Origin: an uncultured delta proteobacterium
Lineage (GTDB): Bacteria; Myxococcota; Myxococcia; Myxococcales; Myxococcaceae
Direction: 5' to 3'
Assembly (NCBI GenBank): GCA_963771175.1
Contig: CAVYSY010000032.1
Coordinates: 288,001-352,000 of the forward strand
DNA: 64,000 nt
Made by a program: the position numbers and the translations under genes. The notes under the pieces are model-generated. The model worked only from the letters and a program-made list of their open reading frames with translations, made no database searches and was not told where the DNA came from. Below, one piece after another: positions 8,352 through 18,980 of this stretch (position 1 is its first letter; every line of letters starts with the position of its first letter).

Positions 8352-9250
8352 ACCCGCAGGAATCGCCCCACCGCGATGAAGCTGCCGCCCAGCCCCAGCG
8401 CGCAGCCCGCCACCAGCAGCTCCAGGGCGATCCTCGGCTCCAGCAGCGGCACCATGCCTCCGGGCCCCACCAGGAAGGAGAACAGTGACGCCAGCCCCGG
8501 CCCCACCAGCCGCTCGAAGGTCAGCAGGGCCGCCAGCGCCACCACGGCCCCGAGCAGCCCCTGCAGGAAGCCCTCGATGAGGAAGGGCGCCTTGACGAAG
8601 CGGTCCGTCGCGCCCACCAGCTTCTGGATTTCAATCTCCCCGCGCCGCGCGTAGATGGCGAGCTGGAGCGTCGCGGAGACGATGACCACCGTGGCCAGCA
8701 GCACCACCGCGAAGGCGATCCATCCGCCGTAGCGTAGCGCCTTCGAGATGGCCGACAGCCGCTCCACCGCCTCCTCGCCGTAGTCCACGCCGGTGACACC
8801 GGGCATGGTGCGCAGCTCCTGCGCGAGCGCCTTCAGCTCGCCGGGCGTGCGCCGCTCCGAGGGCACCTCCAGCTCCAACGAGGGCGGCAGCGGGTTCTCC
8901 GGCAGGTGCGTCAGCGCTTCGCCCAGGTCGCCCAGCTCACGCTCGAGGCGCTCGAGCGCCACTTGAGGAGGCACCAGCGTGGCCCGGCCTCCGCTGGTGG
9001 TTTCCATCCGCTCGCGCAGCACCGCGGCGCCCTCCTCGTCGAGCTCGGGCGACAGGTACACCGTCACCTGCACCTCGCCGCCCAGCGAACCGAGCAGCCC
9101 ATCCACCATCCGTCCCACGGCCTGTGCCAGCCCCGCGGAGAAGAGGGCGATGGCGATGGTGGTCACCGCGATGAAGTGGATGAAGGGCGCGTGCCGCAGG
9201 CCCGAGGCCGCCGAGCGCCAGAAGTAGGCCGCCTTCGCCAGCGCGCTCAT
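8348..9250 (-). CDS. ftsX: Cell division permease FtsX
   Basis: ENPLPPSLE, RRGEIEIQKLVGAT..PFLIEG; between ftsE and envC. Confidence 0.92.
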   Translation of the reverse strand: MSALAKAAYFWRSAASGLRHAPFIHFIAVTTIAIALFSAGLAQAVGRMVDGLLGSLGGEVQVTVYLSPELDEEGAAVLRERMETTSGGRATLVPPQVALERLERELGDLGEALTHLPENPLPPSLELEVPSERRTPGELKALAQELRTMPGVTGVDYGEEAVERLSAISKALRYGGWIAFAVVLLATVVIVSATLQLAIYARRGEIEIQKLVGATDRFVKAPFLIEGFLQGLLGAVVALAALLTFERLVGPGLASLFSFLVGPGGMVPLLEPRIALELLVAGCALGLGGSFIAVGRFLRV

Positions 9251-9942
9251 CCCGCCGCCATCCGCCGGGCGGCCTTCACGCCGTCCTCGTCCGAAACGAT
9301 CATCCCCCGCTCCAGCCGCAGGGTGCGCTTCTGGTAGCGGGTGATGAGGCTGGTGTCGTGGGTGGCCACCATCACCGTGGTGCCGCGCACGTTCACGTCC
9401 ATCAGCAGGTCCATGATCTCCAGCGTGAGCGCCGGGTCCAGGTTCCCCGTGGGCTCGTCCGCCAGGAGGATGGTGGGATCGTTCACGAGCGCCCGGGCGA
9501 TGACGACGCGCTGCTGCTCACCACCCGAGAGCTTCAGCGGCAGGGAGTCCGCCTTGTGCTGCAGGCCCACCAGCTTGAGCATGCGCTGCACGCGATCGCG
9601 CGCCTCGGCGCGGGGCACCCCGAGCACGTCCAGGGCGAAGGCCACGTTGTCGGACACCGTGCGGTGCGGCAGCAGCTTGAAGTCCTGGAACACCACGCCG
9701 ACGTTGCGGCGCAGATAGGGGATGGCCGACTCGCGGATGCGCGCGATGTTGCGCCCCCCCACGAGCACCTGTCCCTTGGTGGCCTTCTCCGCGCAGAAGA
9801 TGAGCTTCATGAGCGTCGTCTTCCCCGCGCCCGAGGGCCCGGTGAGGAAGACGAACTCGCCCTTCTCCACATGGAGGTTGATGTCCGAGAGGACGGGCGG
9901 ATCCCCGGGGTACGCCTTGTAGACGTGGAACATCTGAATCAT
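9247..9942 (-). CDS. ftsE: Cell division ATP-binding protein FtsE
   Basis: [41 protein letters not shown]. Confidence 0.95.
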   Translation of the reverse strand: MIQMFHVYKAYPGDPPVLSDINLHVEKGEFVFLTGPSGAGKTTLMKLIFCAEKATKGQVLVGGRNIARIRESAIPYLRRNVGVVFQDFKLLPHRTVSDNVAFALDVLGVPRAEARDRVQRMLKLVGLQHKADSLPLKLSGGEQQRVVIARALVNDPTILLADEPTGNLDPALTLEIMDLLMDVNVRGTTVMVATHDTSLITRYQKRTLRLERGMIVSDEDGVKAARRMAAG

Positions 9943-9955
9943 GGGCGGGGCGATT

Positions 9956-10633
9956 ATGGCCCTGCTCGTGCCACCTATGCCACGGTGGGCGCGTGGCCAC
10001 GCCCAACTCCCCGAGTGCGACCTCCCCCTCGCCCTCCCGCACCCGCCGTTTCGGGCTGCTCGCCGGGCCGATTGCCGCCGCGGCCCCGATGCTCGTCCCC
10101 TCGGGGCTCCACACGGTGCCCGGCCAGGGACACCGCCCGGCCGCCGCCGCCGCCGTGGCCGCCTGGATGGCCCTCTGGTGGTTCACCGAGGCCGTCCCCA
10201 TGGCCTGGACCGCCCTCCTCTCCCTCGTCCTCTTCCCCGCGCTGGGTGTTTTCGACACCAGCGGCCTGCCCGCCTCCCTCGGCCGCGCCGCCCTGCCCTA
10301 CAGCCCTACGTCGACCCCTACATCTTCCTCTTCCTGGGGGGCATGGCCCTGGGGGCCGCGCTGGAGCAGTGGCACCTGCACCGCAGAATCGCCCTCCTCA
10401 TCATGCGCGCCATCGGCACCTCACCCCAGCGGCTGCTGCTCGGCATGCTGGTGGCCACCGCGACCATCTCGCTGTGGATTTCCAACACCGCCACCGCGGT
10501 GATGATGGTGCCCATCGGTCTGGCGCTCATCGCCCAGCTCGAGGCCAGCGAGGGCCGCCGGCTGGGGCATTTCGGCGCCGCGCTGATGCTGGGCGTCGCC
10601 TACGGCTCCAACATCGGAGGTATCGGGACGAAG
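9956..10633 (+). repeat. Direct repeat copy 1 (678 bp): upstream region + 5' part of the SLC13 permease gene
   Basis: Aligns by eye with 11675-12344 from atggccctgctcgtgccacct to atcgggacgaag; carries an extra 8 bp at ~10295-10309. Confidence 0.92.
9993..10633 (+). pseudogene. Truncated, frameshifted 5' duplicate of the SLC13/DASS permease
   Basis: Same peptide (WMALWWFTEAVPMAWT..SNIGGIGTK) as the gene at 11712; frameshift from the gccctac duplication; homology stops after GTK. Confidence 0.85.
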
Positions 10634-10755
10634 CACATGTTTTCTTCGGAACAAACTCTTTGGACTCCCGGCCTCCTCCCATCCGCCTTCCGTACCATGG
10701 AGGTTGTTGAGCATGAGTGTCAGGAAGAACGGATAAGTACGTGGCGGACAAAGAG

Positions 10756-11220
10756 ATGAGATTGATTGTTTTGATGACCGCCATGGCGGTGCTCAGCGTC
10801 GGATGCGCCCACGGGCAACGGCCAGAAAACCGAATCTACGTCATCTCCGAGGATGCGCGTGGAGTCGGCTCCGCTCTCGGCACTGGCGGTGCTGGCTTCC
10901 GCGACTGCGATGCGGAGCATGCCCAATGCTTCAAAGAGTGTTGGAACGCCCCTACCCTGCCATGGCCTCACACGAAACGGGACGAATGGTATAACGAATA
11001 TTGCACCAGGGAATGCCGCAAGCAGTATATGGAATGCGAAAAGGAGAATGAGAAGAAAGCGAAAGAACTGAAGTTCTCGCGCGTTGAGGACGCGGTTGGA
11101 TGGATCCGGGCGCACAAGACCGAAGTGGCGCTTGGTACGGTCGTCATCATCGCTGGCGTTGCCTTCGTCATTACGACTGGTGGCTCTGGCGCGCTGATTC
11201 TGGCTCCTCTTGCCCTCTAA
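10756..11220 (+). CDS. Cys-rich lipoprotein with hydrophobic C-terminus; toxin-like
   Basis: Lipobox LSVG-C; Cx6Cx3C...Cx3Cx6C; C-terminal VALGTVVIIAGVAFVITTGGSGALILAPLAL; more AT-rich than the flanks. Confidence 0.75.
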   Translation: MRLIVLMTAMAVLSVGCAHGQRPENRIYVISEDARGVGSALGTGGAGFRDCDAEHAQCFKECWNAPTLPWPHTKRDEWYNEYCTRECRKQYMECEKENEKKAKELKFSRVEDAVGWIRAHKTEVALGTVVIIAGVAFVITTGGSGALILAPLAL

Positions 11221-11232
11221 CCTGGTGCACCC

Positions 11233-11610
11233 ATGACCTATCATTCAAACTTCGATGTTGATGCCGTCATGAAGACGCTCGGCACCGTGGGCGCGAAGTA
11301 CCCAGAGGGCACGCCGGAAGACGAGGCGCTCCGGATTGCCTCGGTGGCGTTGCTTTACCTCCGTGACATCCAGAAACTGGATGAATACCGCGATTACTTT
11401 CAGAGGTTCTTCACCTATAAGCCGGTGACCATTGCTCAAACGTTCGTAACGAGAGAGGAAGCGGACAAGTGGCTCGCCAGTGGAAATGCCAGGGATGGCG
11501 ATCTCGTCAAAATCGCTGACCAGGGCTTTGTCGTGTATGACATGCCGAAGGGATTGAAGTTCGTCCCGAGGCCCCTGCCGGAAGAACTGGAATCTCCAGA
11601 TTCGAAGTAG
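11233..11610 (+). CDS. 125-aa hypothetical protein; immunity-like partner
   Basis: Starts 12 bp after the lipoprotein gene on the same strand with similar atypical composition; no signal peptide. Confidence 0.75.
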   Translation: MTYHSNFDVDAVMKTLGTVGAKYPEGTPEDEALRIASVALLYLRDIQKLDEYRDYFQRFFTYKPVTIAQTFVTREEADKWLASGNARDGDLVKIADQGFVVYDMPKGLKFVPRPLPEELESPDSK

Positions 11611-11674
11611 GCCCCTCCCATGGAGCGGCACGCCTTTCGGCCAGATGGCCACATCAGGAACCAACCCCGGGCCC

Positions 11675-12344
11675 ATGGCCCTGCTCGTGCCACCTGTGTC
11701 ACGGTGGGAACGTGGCTTCCCGCTCGACCCGGAGTGCGCCCCCCACCTCGCCGTCCCGTGTGCGCCTGGTTGGCCTGCTCGCCGGGCCGCTTGCCGCCGC
11801 CGCGCTCCTGCTCATCCCCTCGGGGCTTCACACCGTGCCCAGCATGGGCCACCGCCCCGCCGCCGCCGCTGCCGTGGCCGCCTGGATGGCCCTCTGGTGG
11901 TTCACCGAGGCCGTCCCCATGGCCTGGACCGCCCTCCTCCCGCTCGTCCTCTTCCCCGCGCTGGGTGTTTTCGACACCAGCGGCCTGCCCGCCTCCCTCG
12001 GCCGCGCCGCCCTGCCCTACGTGGACCCCTACATCTTCCTCTTCCTCGGCGGCATGGCCCTGGGCGCCGCGCTGGAGCAGTGGAACCTGCACCGGCGCAT
12101 CGCCCTGCTCATCATGCGCGCCATCGGCACCTCGCCCCAGCGGCTGCTGCTCGGCATGCTGGTGGCCACCGCGACCATCTCGCTGTGGATTTCCAACACC
12201 GCCACCGCGGTGATGATGGTGCCCATCGGTCTGGCGCTCATCGCCCAGCTCGAGGCCAGCGAGGGCCGCCGGCTGGGGCACTTCGGCGCCGCGCTGATGC
12301 TGGGGGTCGCCTACGGCTCCAACATCGGCGGGATCGGGACGAAG
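11675..12344 (+). repeat. Direct repeat copy 2 (670 bp)
   Basis: Near-identical to 9956-10633. Confidence 0.92.
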
Positions 12345-13202
12345 ATTGGCAGTCCCACGAACTCCGTCTTCGCGGGCGTGGCCTCGCGGCGGCTGGCCAC
12401 CGAGGTGGGTTTCATCGAGTACATGGTGGCCGCCCTGCCCTTCGTCGTCCTCTTCCTTCCGCTCGTGTGGTGGGTGCTGTGGCGCAAGGGGCGCGAGGAT
12501 GCGCCTGGGCCCCGGGCAGGGGGTGGACGTCATCCAGCGAGAGCTGGCCGCGCTCGGGCCGCTGTCGGGTGGCGAGAAGGTGGTGGGCACCGTCTTCCTC
12601 GTGGCCGCGGTGCTGTGGATGGGAGGGGACTTCCTCCGGGGCGTGCTCACCCCGTGGGTGGCCTCGGCCTTCGGCGGCTTCAAGCTGCTGGGCAAGCACT
12701 ACGAGGCGGGCGTGGCGCTGCTCGGCCGCCGGGACGCTGGCGCTCCTGGGCCGGCTGTCGCTGGCGGGCCCTCGCCCGGGTGCCCTGGGACACGCTGCTG
12801 CTGCTGGGAGGAGGCTTCGCGCTCGCCGCCGGCATCGAGGGCAGCGGCCTGTCCACGTACATGGCCTCGCGACTGGCGGGCCTCGAGTCCCTGGGCGCCC
12901 CCGCCCAGTACGGCGCCGTGGCCCTGGCCACCGTGCTGCTGTCCGCCGTGGCTTCCAACACGGCCACGGTGAACGTGCTGCTCAACGTGCTGCCCGCCTC
13001 GCTGCCCCTGCTCGCGGTGAGCACCTACGCCTCGTCGTGCGACTTCGCCCTGCCCGCGGGCACTCCGCCCAACGCCATCGTCTTCGGCAGTGGCTACGTG
13101 CGCCTGCCCACGATGATGAAGGTGGGGGTAGCGCTGGACGTGCTCGCCGCGGCGCTCCTCACCGTCTACGGACTCGTGTGGGTGCGCTTCGTGCTCGGCT
13201 GA
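11712..13202 (+). CDS. SLC13/DASS family anion:sodium symporter (apparent frameshifts ~12500-12780)
   Basis: WISNTATAVMMVPIG, GGIGTKIGSPTN, ASNTAT, FALPAGTPPNAIVFGSG; the middle part lies in another frame. Confidence 0.88.
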   Translation: MASRSTRSAPPTSPSRVRLVGLLAGPLAAAALLLIPSGLHTVPSMGHRPAAAAAVAAWMALWWFTEAVPMAWTALLPLVLFPALGVFDTSGLPASLGRAALPYVDPYIFLFLGGMALGAALEQWNLHRRIALLIMRAIGTSPQRLLLGMLVATATISLWISNTATAVMMVPIGLALIAQLEASEGRRLGHFGAALMLGVAYGSNIGGIGTKIGSPTNSVFAGVASRRLATEVGFIEYMVAALPFVVLFLPLVWWVLWRKGREDAPGPRAGGGRHPARAGRARAAVGWREGGGHRLPRGRGAVDGRGLPPGRAHPVGGLGLRRLQAAGQALRGGRGAARPPGRWRSWAGCRWRALARVPWDTLLLLGGGFALAAGIEGSGLSTYMASRLAGLESLGAPAQYGAVALATVLLSAVASNTATVNVLLNVLPASLPLLAVSTYASSCDFALPAGTPPNAIVFGSGYVRLPTMMKVGVALDVLAAALLTVYGLVWVRFVLG

Positions 13203-13218
13203 GCACGGGGACGGCGGA

Positions 13219-13767
13219 CTACTGGTTGTCCTCGCCCGCCAGGTAGCTGAGGATGACCTCGTCCAGGCTCTTCTCGGAGATGAGGTCCTCTCCGAAGAGC
13301 GTCTCCACGCCCACCTCGTTGATCTTCGGCGCGACCTGCAGGGCGCGCGCGGCGGCGATCTCCGGGGGGACGAAGGCGGCGGGCGGCGCGACGGGCTGCG
13401 CAGGCTTGGCGACCGGCTGCGGCTGGCGCGCGTGGGCGGCGTCCTCGGCCGAGCCGAGCTGCCCGGGCTGGTAGTGGCGCACGCCCGTGGTGTCGAAGCC
13501 GTCGTACACGCCGTTGATGAGGTTGCGCAGCATCTCCTTGTGCTGCTCCTCCATCAATTCGCGCACGACCTCGGCGAGGTTCTCGGCGTTGAGGATGTCG
13601 GCGTACGACGTCTTCTTCGACGCGAGGATGTTCCCGCCCACGAACAGGTGGGTGATGATGTGGGGGTTGTTGACTCCCGAGTCCTCGGTCTGGACGTGGT
13701 AGACCTTCCCCTTGTACTTGATGTTGTGGTTGAAGCCAGTGACGGCTTTTTCGAAGGTTTTCGCCAT
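13219..13767 (-). CDS. romY: Probable RomY polarity protein (MglB co-GAP)
   Basis: N-domain GFNHNIKYKGKVYHVQTEDSG, Pro/Ala linker, C-terminal KSLDEVILSYL; position between ftsEX and carF matches my recollection of the M. xanthus locus. Confidence 0.68.
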   Translation of the reverse strand: MAKTFEKAVTGFNHNIKYKGKVYHVQTEDSGVNNPHIITHLFVGGNILASKKTSYADILNAENLAEVVRELMEEQHKEMLRNLINGVYDGFDTTGVRHYQPGQLGSAEDAAHARQPQPVAKPAQPVAPPAAFVPPEIAAARALQVAPKINEVGVETLFGEDLISEKSLDEVILSYLAGEDNQ

Positions 13768-13978
13768 GCCCGAGTGCGCGGACCGTACCAGCGGGACATG
13801 GGGGTGACAAGGAACGCGTCAGTCCGGCTCGGTTGAATGCCTGCTGGCCTCCCGGCTTGAAGGCCAGGCACCTGCACCATTCACCAGATGACTTCGTCTG
13901 GAATCCCTCCGTAGACTGCGGCCGCCACGGGGGGAAGGCAGCCGCCGGATCCACACACCGCGACGGGAAGAAGGACGA

Positions 13979-14844
13979 ATGAAGAACGAGCTCAAGAACC
14001 AGCTGCGCCAGCAGGACGCCCACGGCGCTGGCCCAGGGCTACTCGCCCGCCATCCGTGCCATGGAGATCGCGAGCATCGTCACCTTCGTGTCGCTGGAGG
14101 CCACCCTGGTCTACCGGCTGTGGGGCAACGCCTACACCGGGCACCTGGCTGCTGCTGAGTGCCGTGCTGCTGGGCTACCTGGCGGCGGACTTCGTCTCCG
14201 GCTTCGTCCACTGGATGGGCGACACCTGGGGCTCCACCGAGATGCCCGTGCTCGGCAAGGCCTTCATCCGGCCCTTCCGCGAGCACCACGTCGACGAGAA
14301 GGCCATCACCCGCCACGACTTCGTGGAGACCAACGGCAACAACTGCCTCGTCTCCATCCCCGTGGCCATCCTGGCCGTGGCCCTGCCGCACTCCAGCCCG
14401 GGCTGGGTGTTCGTCTCCGGCGTTCCTCGGGCTCGATGATCTTCTGGGTGATGGCGACCAACCAGTTCCACAAGTGGTCGCACATGGACGAGCCGCCCGC
14501 CGCTCGTCGGCTTCCTGCAGCGCATCCACCTCATCCTGCCGCCGGACCACCACCAGGTGCACCACACGGCGCCCTTCAACAAGTACTACTGCATCACCGT
14601 GGGCTGGCTGAACAAGCCGCTCACGATGATCCAGCTTCTTCCCGCACGCTGGAGCGGCTCATCACCTGGGCCACCGGCCTGATTCCCGCGCCAGGACGAC
14701 ATCGGCACCGAGGCCGCCCTGGAGCTGCTTCGAGGCCACCGCCAGCCGCCGAGCCCCCCGTGGTGCCAGGCCGCCAAGGAGCTGCTCGCAGGCCACCGCC
14801 GAGGAGGCGGCAAGCCGCGTCTCCGGCCCGTGCGGCCGTCCTAG
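13979..14844 (+). CDS. carF: CarF/TMEM189 plasmanylethanolamine desaturase (frameshifted in this sequence)
   Basis: [47 protein letters not shown], spread over several frames. Confidence 0.88.
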
Positions 14845-15665
14845 AAGGACAGGTCCACCTGCTCGGCGGAGTGGATGGGCCGGCCCAGGAAGCGCGCCCC
14901 CACCTCCACGAAGCGCTCCGGCACGTCCGTGACGAAGTAGCGCGTGCTGAGGGCGTGCCTCCGGCCGGCGCCAGCAGCCCCCGCTCCTGCCAGCAGCACC
15001 GCCACCGCCTCCGCCGTGGCCTCCGCCGAGTCCACCAGCGCCACCTGCGGCCCCACGGCCTCGGCGATGACGTCCTTGAGCAGCGGGTAGTGGGTGCAGC
15101 CCAGCACCAGCGTGTCCACGCCGCTCGCGAGCGAAGTCCGCCAGGTACTCGCGCGCCACCAGCCGCGGCACGTCGCCCGCCGTCCACCCCTCCTCCGCCA
15201 GCGGCACGAAGAGCGGGCAGGCCCGCGCCTTCACCCGCACTCCCTCGGGCCCCGCCGCCGCCTCCAGCTCGCGCTGGTAGGCGCCCGGAGCGGATGGTGC
15301 CCGGCGTGCCGATGACGCCCACGCCGCCGCCCCGCGTGCGCCGCAGCGCCGCCCGCGCCCCCGGGGCGATGACGCCCAGCACCGGCACCGGCAGCGCCGC
15401 CGACAGCGCCGGCAGCGCCACCGCCGAGGCCGTGTTGCACGCCACCACCAGCAGCTTGATGCCGCGCTCCAGCAGGAACTCCGCGTTCTTCAGCGAGTAG
15501 CGCGTCACCACCTCGCCGGACTTGGTGCCGTAGGGCACGCGCGCGGTGTCACCCAGGTACAGCGGTGCTCTCGTGCGGCAGGTGGGACATCAGCGCCTTG
15601 AGGACGGTGAGCCCTCCGACGCCCGAATCGAAGACGCCGATGGGACTGTGGCTGCCTTGCCGCAT
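14841..15665 (-). CDS. murI: Glutamate racemase (frameshifted in this sequence)
   Basis: [37 protein letters not shown]. Confidence 0.92.
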
Positions 15666-15780
15666 GTCCGGCGTTCCCTATCACGTTTGATGCCAACCCA
15701 TGCGCCCGCCCGCAAAGCAAGGAGGGCCGAGGCGGATGCCCCGGCCCTCCGACGGCAGGCAGGCTGCCGGTGGGTGCGGA

Positions 15781-16838
15781 CTACTGCGGCGGCTGCTTGG
15801 AGATGATGATGCTCTCGGCCGGGGCCGTCGGGGTCCGCTGGTCGAAGGCGTTCACATCCACGTACGTCGGGGCACTATTCTCATTGGGTAGGAGATCGCC
15901 GAACCGACCATCCCGCGGATGAAGACCTTGTAGCGACCCGGCTTCAGGTACTGGTAGACGACGGGGGCGGCCGTGCAGGCATACGGGTCACCGGCCGTGC
16001 CGAAGACGGCCGAGTTGGTGGCCGTGTCGATCAGGTTGATGACCACGCCCGTGAGGCCCGCCTGGGTGCAGTCCTTGTACACGCCCGCGGAGCCGTCCCA
16101 GAGCTGCCACTTCAGGGACATGCCGCCCACCTCGAAGAACTTGTACGACACGTAGATGGAGCCCGAGCGCGGCAGCGTCATGGTGCCCTGGGTGGTGTAG
16201 AGGGGCTGCCCGTCCCGGTTGTACTTGTCGCGGCCATAGGCGATGAGCTCGATGCTGTGGATGCCCGGCTCCATCGGGGCCGACTTCGTCCCGATATCGG
16301 TCATGCCCTCCTCGCAGGTCAGGTTCACCCAGGGGCCGTTGTCGACGCTGACACTCACCCCGGTCACGTCGGCCTGCGCGCAGCTCGGGTTGGCGCTGGT
16401 GCTGGTGGCCGGGAAGGTCCAGGAGAGGTACGCGAAGGGCTTGCCGTTGGGCGTGAGGTCCATGCGGCACCCGCACGTTGCCGTCCACCGTGAAGCTGTC
16501 GGAGGCCGTGTAGATGACGAGGCCGGACGCATCGAGGGCCTCGATGGTGATGCTGTAGGTCCCCGGCCCGGAAGTCGTGCAGGGTGATGCCGTCCGTGCC
16601 CGCGGTGTTGCAGGGGTAGTAGCCGTTGGAGTCGAGCGTGCTCACCGGGGATGGTGACCTTGATGCTCTTCACGTCCGGCACGTTCACGCACCGGCCGTC
16701 GGCGCCGAACGTCCACGCGAGCGTCACGTTTCCGGGTTGGCCCGGCGCGGGCCCGGGATCACCACCGTGGTCGACGATGATGCAGCCGGTGCTCAGCGAG
16801 GCGAGGCATAGGAATGCGGCGAGGAGTCTTGCGTTCAT
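15781..16838 (-). CDS. Lipoprotein with three tandem Cys-containing beta domains (frameshifts present)
   Basis: Lipobox LSTG-C; recurring L(A/S/K)W(T/Q)(F/L)...C..(V/L)..V.V units; end approximate. Confidence 0.7.
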
Positions 16839-17016
16839 GGGGGCGTCCTCGGGGTGGAGGAAATGAGGGTGGGGAGCGGGCATTCGGCCCGTCACACTGA
16901 CCCCTCGGACGCCTGCCCTCGGGAATTATTCATGTCCGGCACGCGTCGCCAACCACCCCGCCTCCCGTGCCGCGTTTGTTTGACCCACCTGTATCGGGGT
17001 GTTACGCCTGTCCCCC

Positions 17017-17725
17017 ATGATGCCCCGCTTCCCGCTGACGCTCGGCGCCATGAACTACCTGCAGATCCTCCGCGACGCCTCGTTCCTGGAGCTGTTCGTG
17101 CTGGCCCTGCTCATGGGCGTCTCCGTCGCCTCGTGGGCGCTCATCGCACTGAAGCACACCCAGTTGTCGCGGGCCCGCGCCCAGTCGCTGACCTTCCTGG
17201 ACATCTTCTGGAAGGCGTCCCGGCTGGAGACCATCTACCAGGATGGCCCAGAAGCTCGAGGGCTCGCCGCTCTCCAAGGTGTTCTGCGCCGGCTACGAGG
17301 AGCTGAGCAAGCTGGCCCAGCACAAGGAGGGCACGGAGGGGGCCATGAGCGAGCGGCTCGGCGGCATCGAGAACGTGGAGCGCGCGCTCAACCGCGCCTC
17401 CACCTCGCAGATCATGGACCTGGAGTCGAGGGTGTCCTTCCTGGGCACGGTGGGCGCGGCGTCGCCCTTCGTGGGCCTGTTCGGCACGGTCATCGGCATC
17501 CTCAACGCCTTCAACGAGATCGCCGAGCAGGGCAACGCCACGCTGGCCACGGTGGCCGCGCCGGTGGGCAACGCGCTCTTCGCCACGGCGGCGGGCCTGT
17601 TCGCCGCGATTCCGGCGGTGGTCGCCTACAACTCGTTCGTCAGCCGCATCAAGGTGTTCGACACGGAGATGGCCAACTTCTCCGCGGACTTCCTCAACAT
17701 CGTCAAGCGGCACTTCTTCCGCTAG
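17017..17725 (+). CDS. tolQ: TolQ (AglX-like)
   Basis: [37 protein letters not shown]; one frameshift ~17240. Confidence 0.9.
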
Positions 17726-17737
17726 GGGACGCGCGCC

Positions 17738-18203
17738 ATGGGCATGGGTGTCCAACCGCGGCAGTGGCCGCGTCACCATGAGCGAGATCAACGTCACGCC
17801 GATGGTGGACGTGATGCTGGTGCTGCTCATCATCTTCATGGTGACCGCGCCCCTCATCCAGCAGGGCGTGAAGGTGAACCTGCCGGAGACGAAGGCCGCC
17901 GCCGGTGGAGGCCGCCGACAAGAAGCTGGTGCTGTCCATCGACACGCAGCGGCGCGTCTTCATCGGCGAGGCCGAGGTGCCGCTGGACGAGCTGGAGGAG
18001 AAGCTGGCCGCCAACGCCAAGGCGCAGACGGACAAGGAGGTCTACCTGCACGCGGACCGGGACGTGCCCTACGGCGTGGTGGTGGACGTGATGGCCGCGG
18101 CGCAGCGCGCCGGCATCTCCAACGTGGGGATGATCACGGACCCGACGGCCGGGGGCTCGCGCGTCCAACAAGGGCAAGAAGGACGAAGGAGGCGAGGCGC
18201 TAG
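17738..18203 (+). CDS. tolR: TolR (AglV-like)
   Basis: [37 protein letters not shown]; frameshifts. Confidence 0.9.
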
Positions 18204-18206
18204 CCC

Positions 18207-18980
18207 ATGCACCCGGCCGTCAACCAGAGCCTGCTCGTCCCGCGGCCCTCGCGCCTGGGACGCTTCGTCGCGGTGTCGCTGGTGGGCCACGGGCTGGTGC
18301 TGCTCGCCGTGGCGCTCTACGCCGCCTTCATCGCCGGGCCCCCGGTGGACCTGGACGCAGAAGCCCATCCGCGCCTCGCTGGTGCGCCTGGGCAAGCCGC
18401 GCGACGAGAAGCTGCTGCCGCGCAAGGAGGAGCTGCCGCCGCCGCCCAAGAAGGTGGAGGCCGCCCCCGCGCCGCCCACGCCCGCCGCGCCCGAGCCCGC
18501 CAAGGTGGCCGTGCCCATCCCCGGGGTGAAGCCGGAGCCCGCCCCCAAGCCCACGCCCCAGAAGGGCGAGAGCCAAGGGCGAGGACCGGAAGAAGCGCCT
18601 CTTCGGCGCCTTCGACAAGTTCGCCAAGTCCAAGCCCGAGGAGCTGGAGGGCGAGGAGGACGGCGACCCGAACGGCGACTCCGCCACCGCCGAGGGCGAG
18701 CGCTACTTCGGCCTGCTCTCCTCGCAGGTGCACCGCCACTACGACGTCTCCGACACCATCCCCGACTCCGAGCGCCTGCACCTCAAGGCCCAGGTGGCCA
18801 TGCGCCTCAGCCGCTCCGGCGAGGTGCTCGACGCCCGCCTCGCCAAGGCCAGCGGCAACGACCCTCTTCGACTCGGCCGTGCTGGCCGCGGTGAAGAAGG
18901 CCTCGCCCTTCTCCCCTCCCCCCGACCATCTGCGCGACGCGCTGCAGAAGAGCGGCATCGTCCTGGAGTTCAGCCCGTGA
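18207..18980 (+). CDS. tolA: TolA/TonB-like energy transducer
   Basis: N-terminal TM helix with SLVGH, Pro-rich linker, C-terminal SGN..FDSAVLAAVKKASPF; frameshifts. Confidence 0.8.
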   Translation: MHPAVNQSLLVPRPSRLGRFVAVSLVGHGLVLLAVALYAAFIAGPPVDLDAEAHPRLAGAPGQAARREAAAAQGGAAAAAQEGGGRPRAAHARRARARQGGRAHPRGEAGARPQAHAPEGREPRARTGRSASSAPSTSSPSPSPRSWRARRTATRTATPPPPRASATSACSPRRCTATTTSPTPSPTPSACTSRPRWPCASAAPARCSTPASPRPAATTLFDSAVLAAVKKASPFSPPPDHLRDALQKSGIVLEFSP

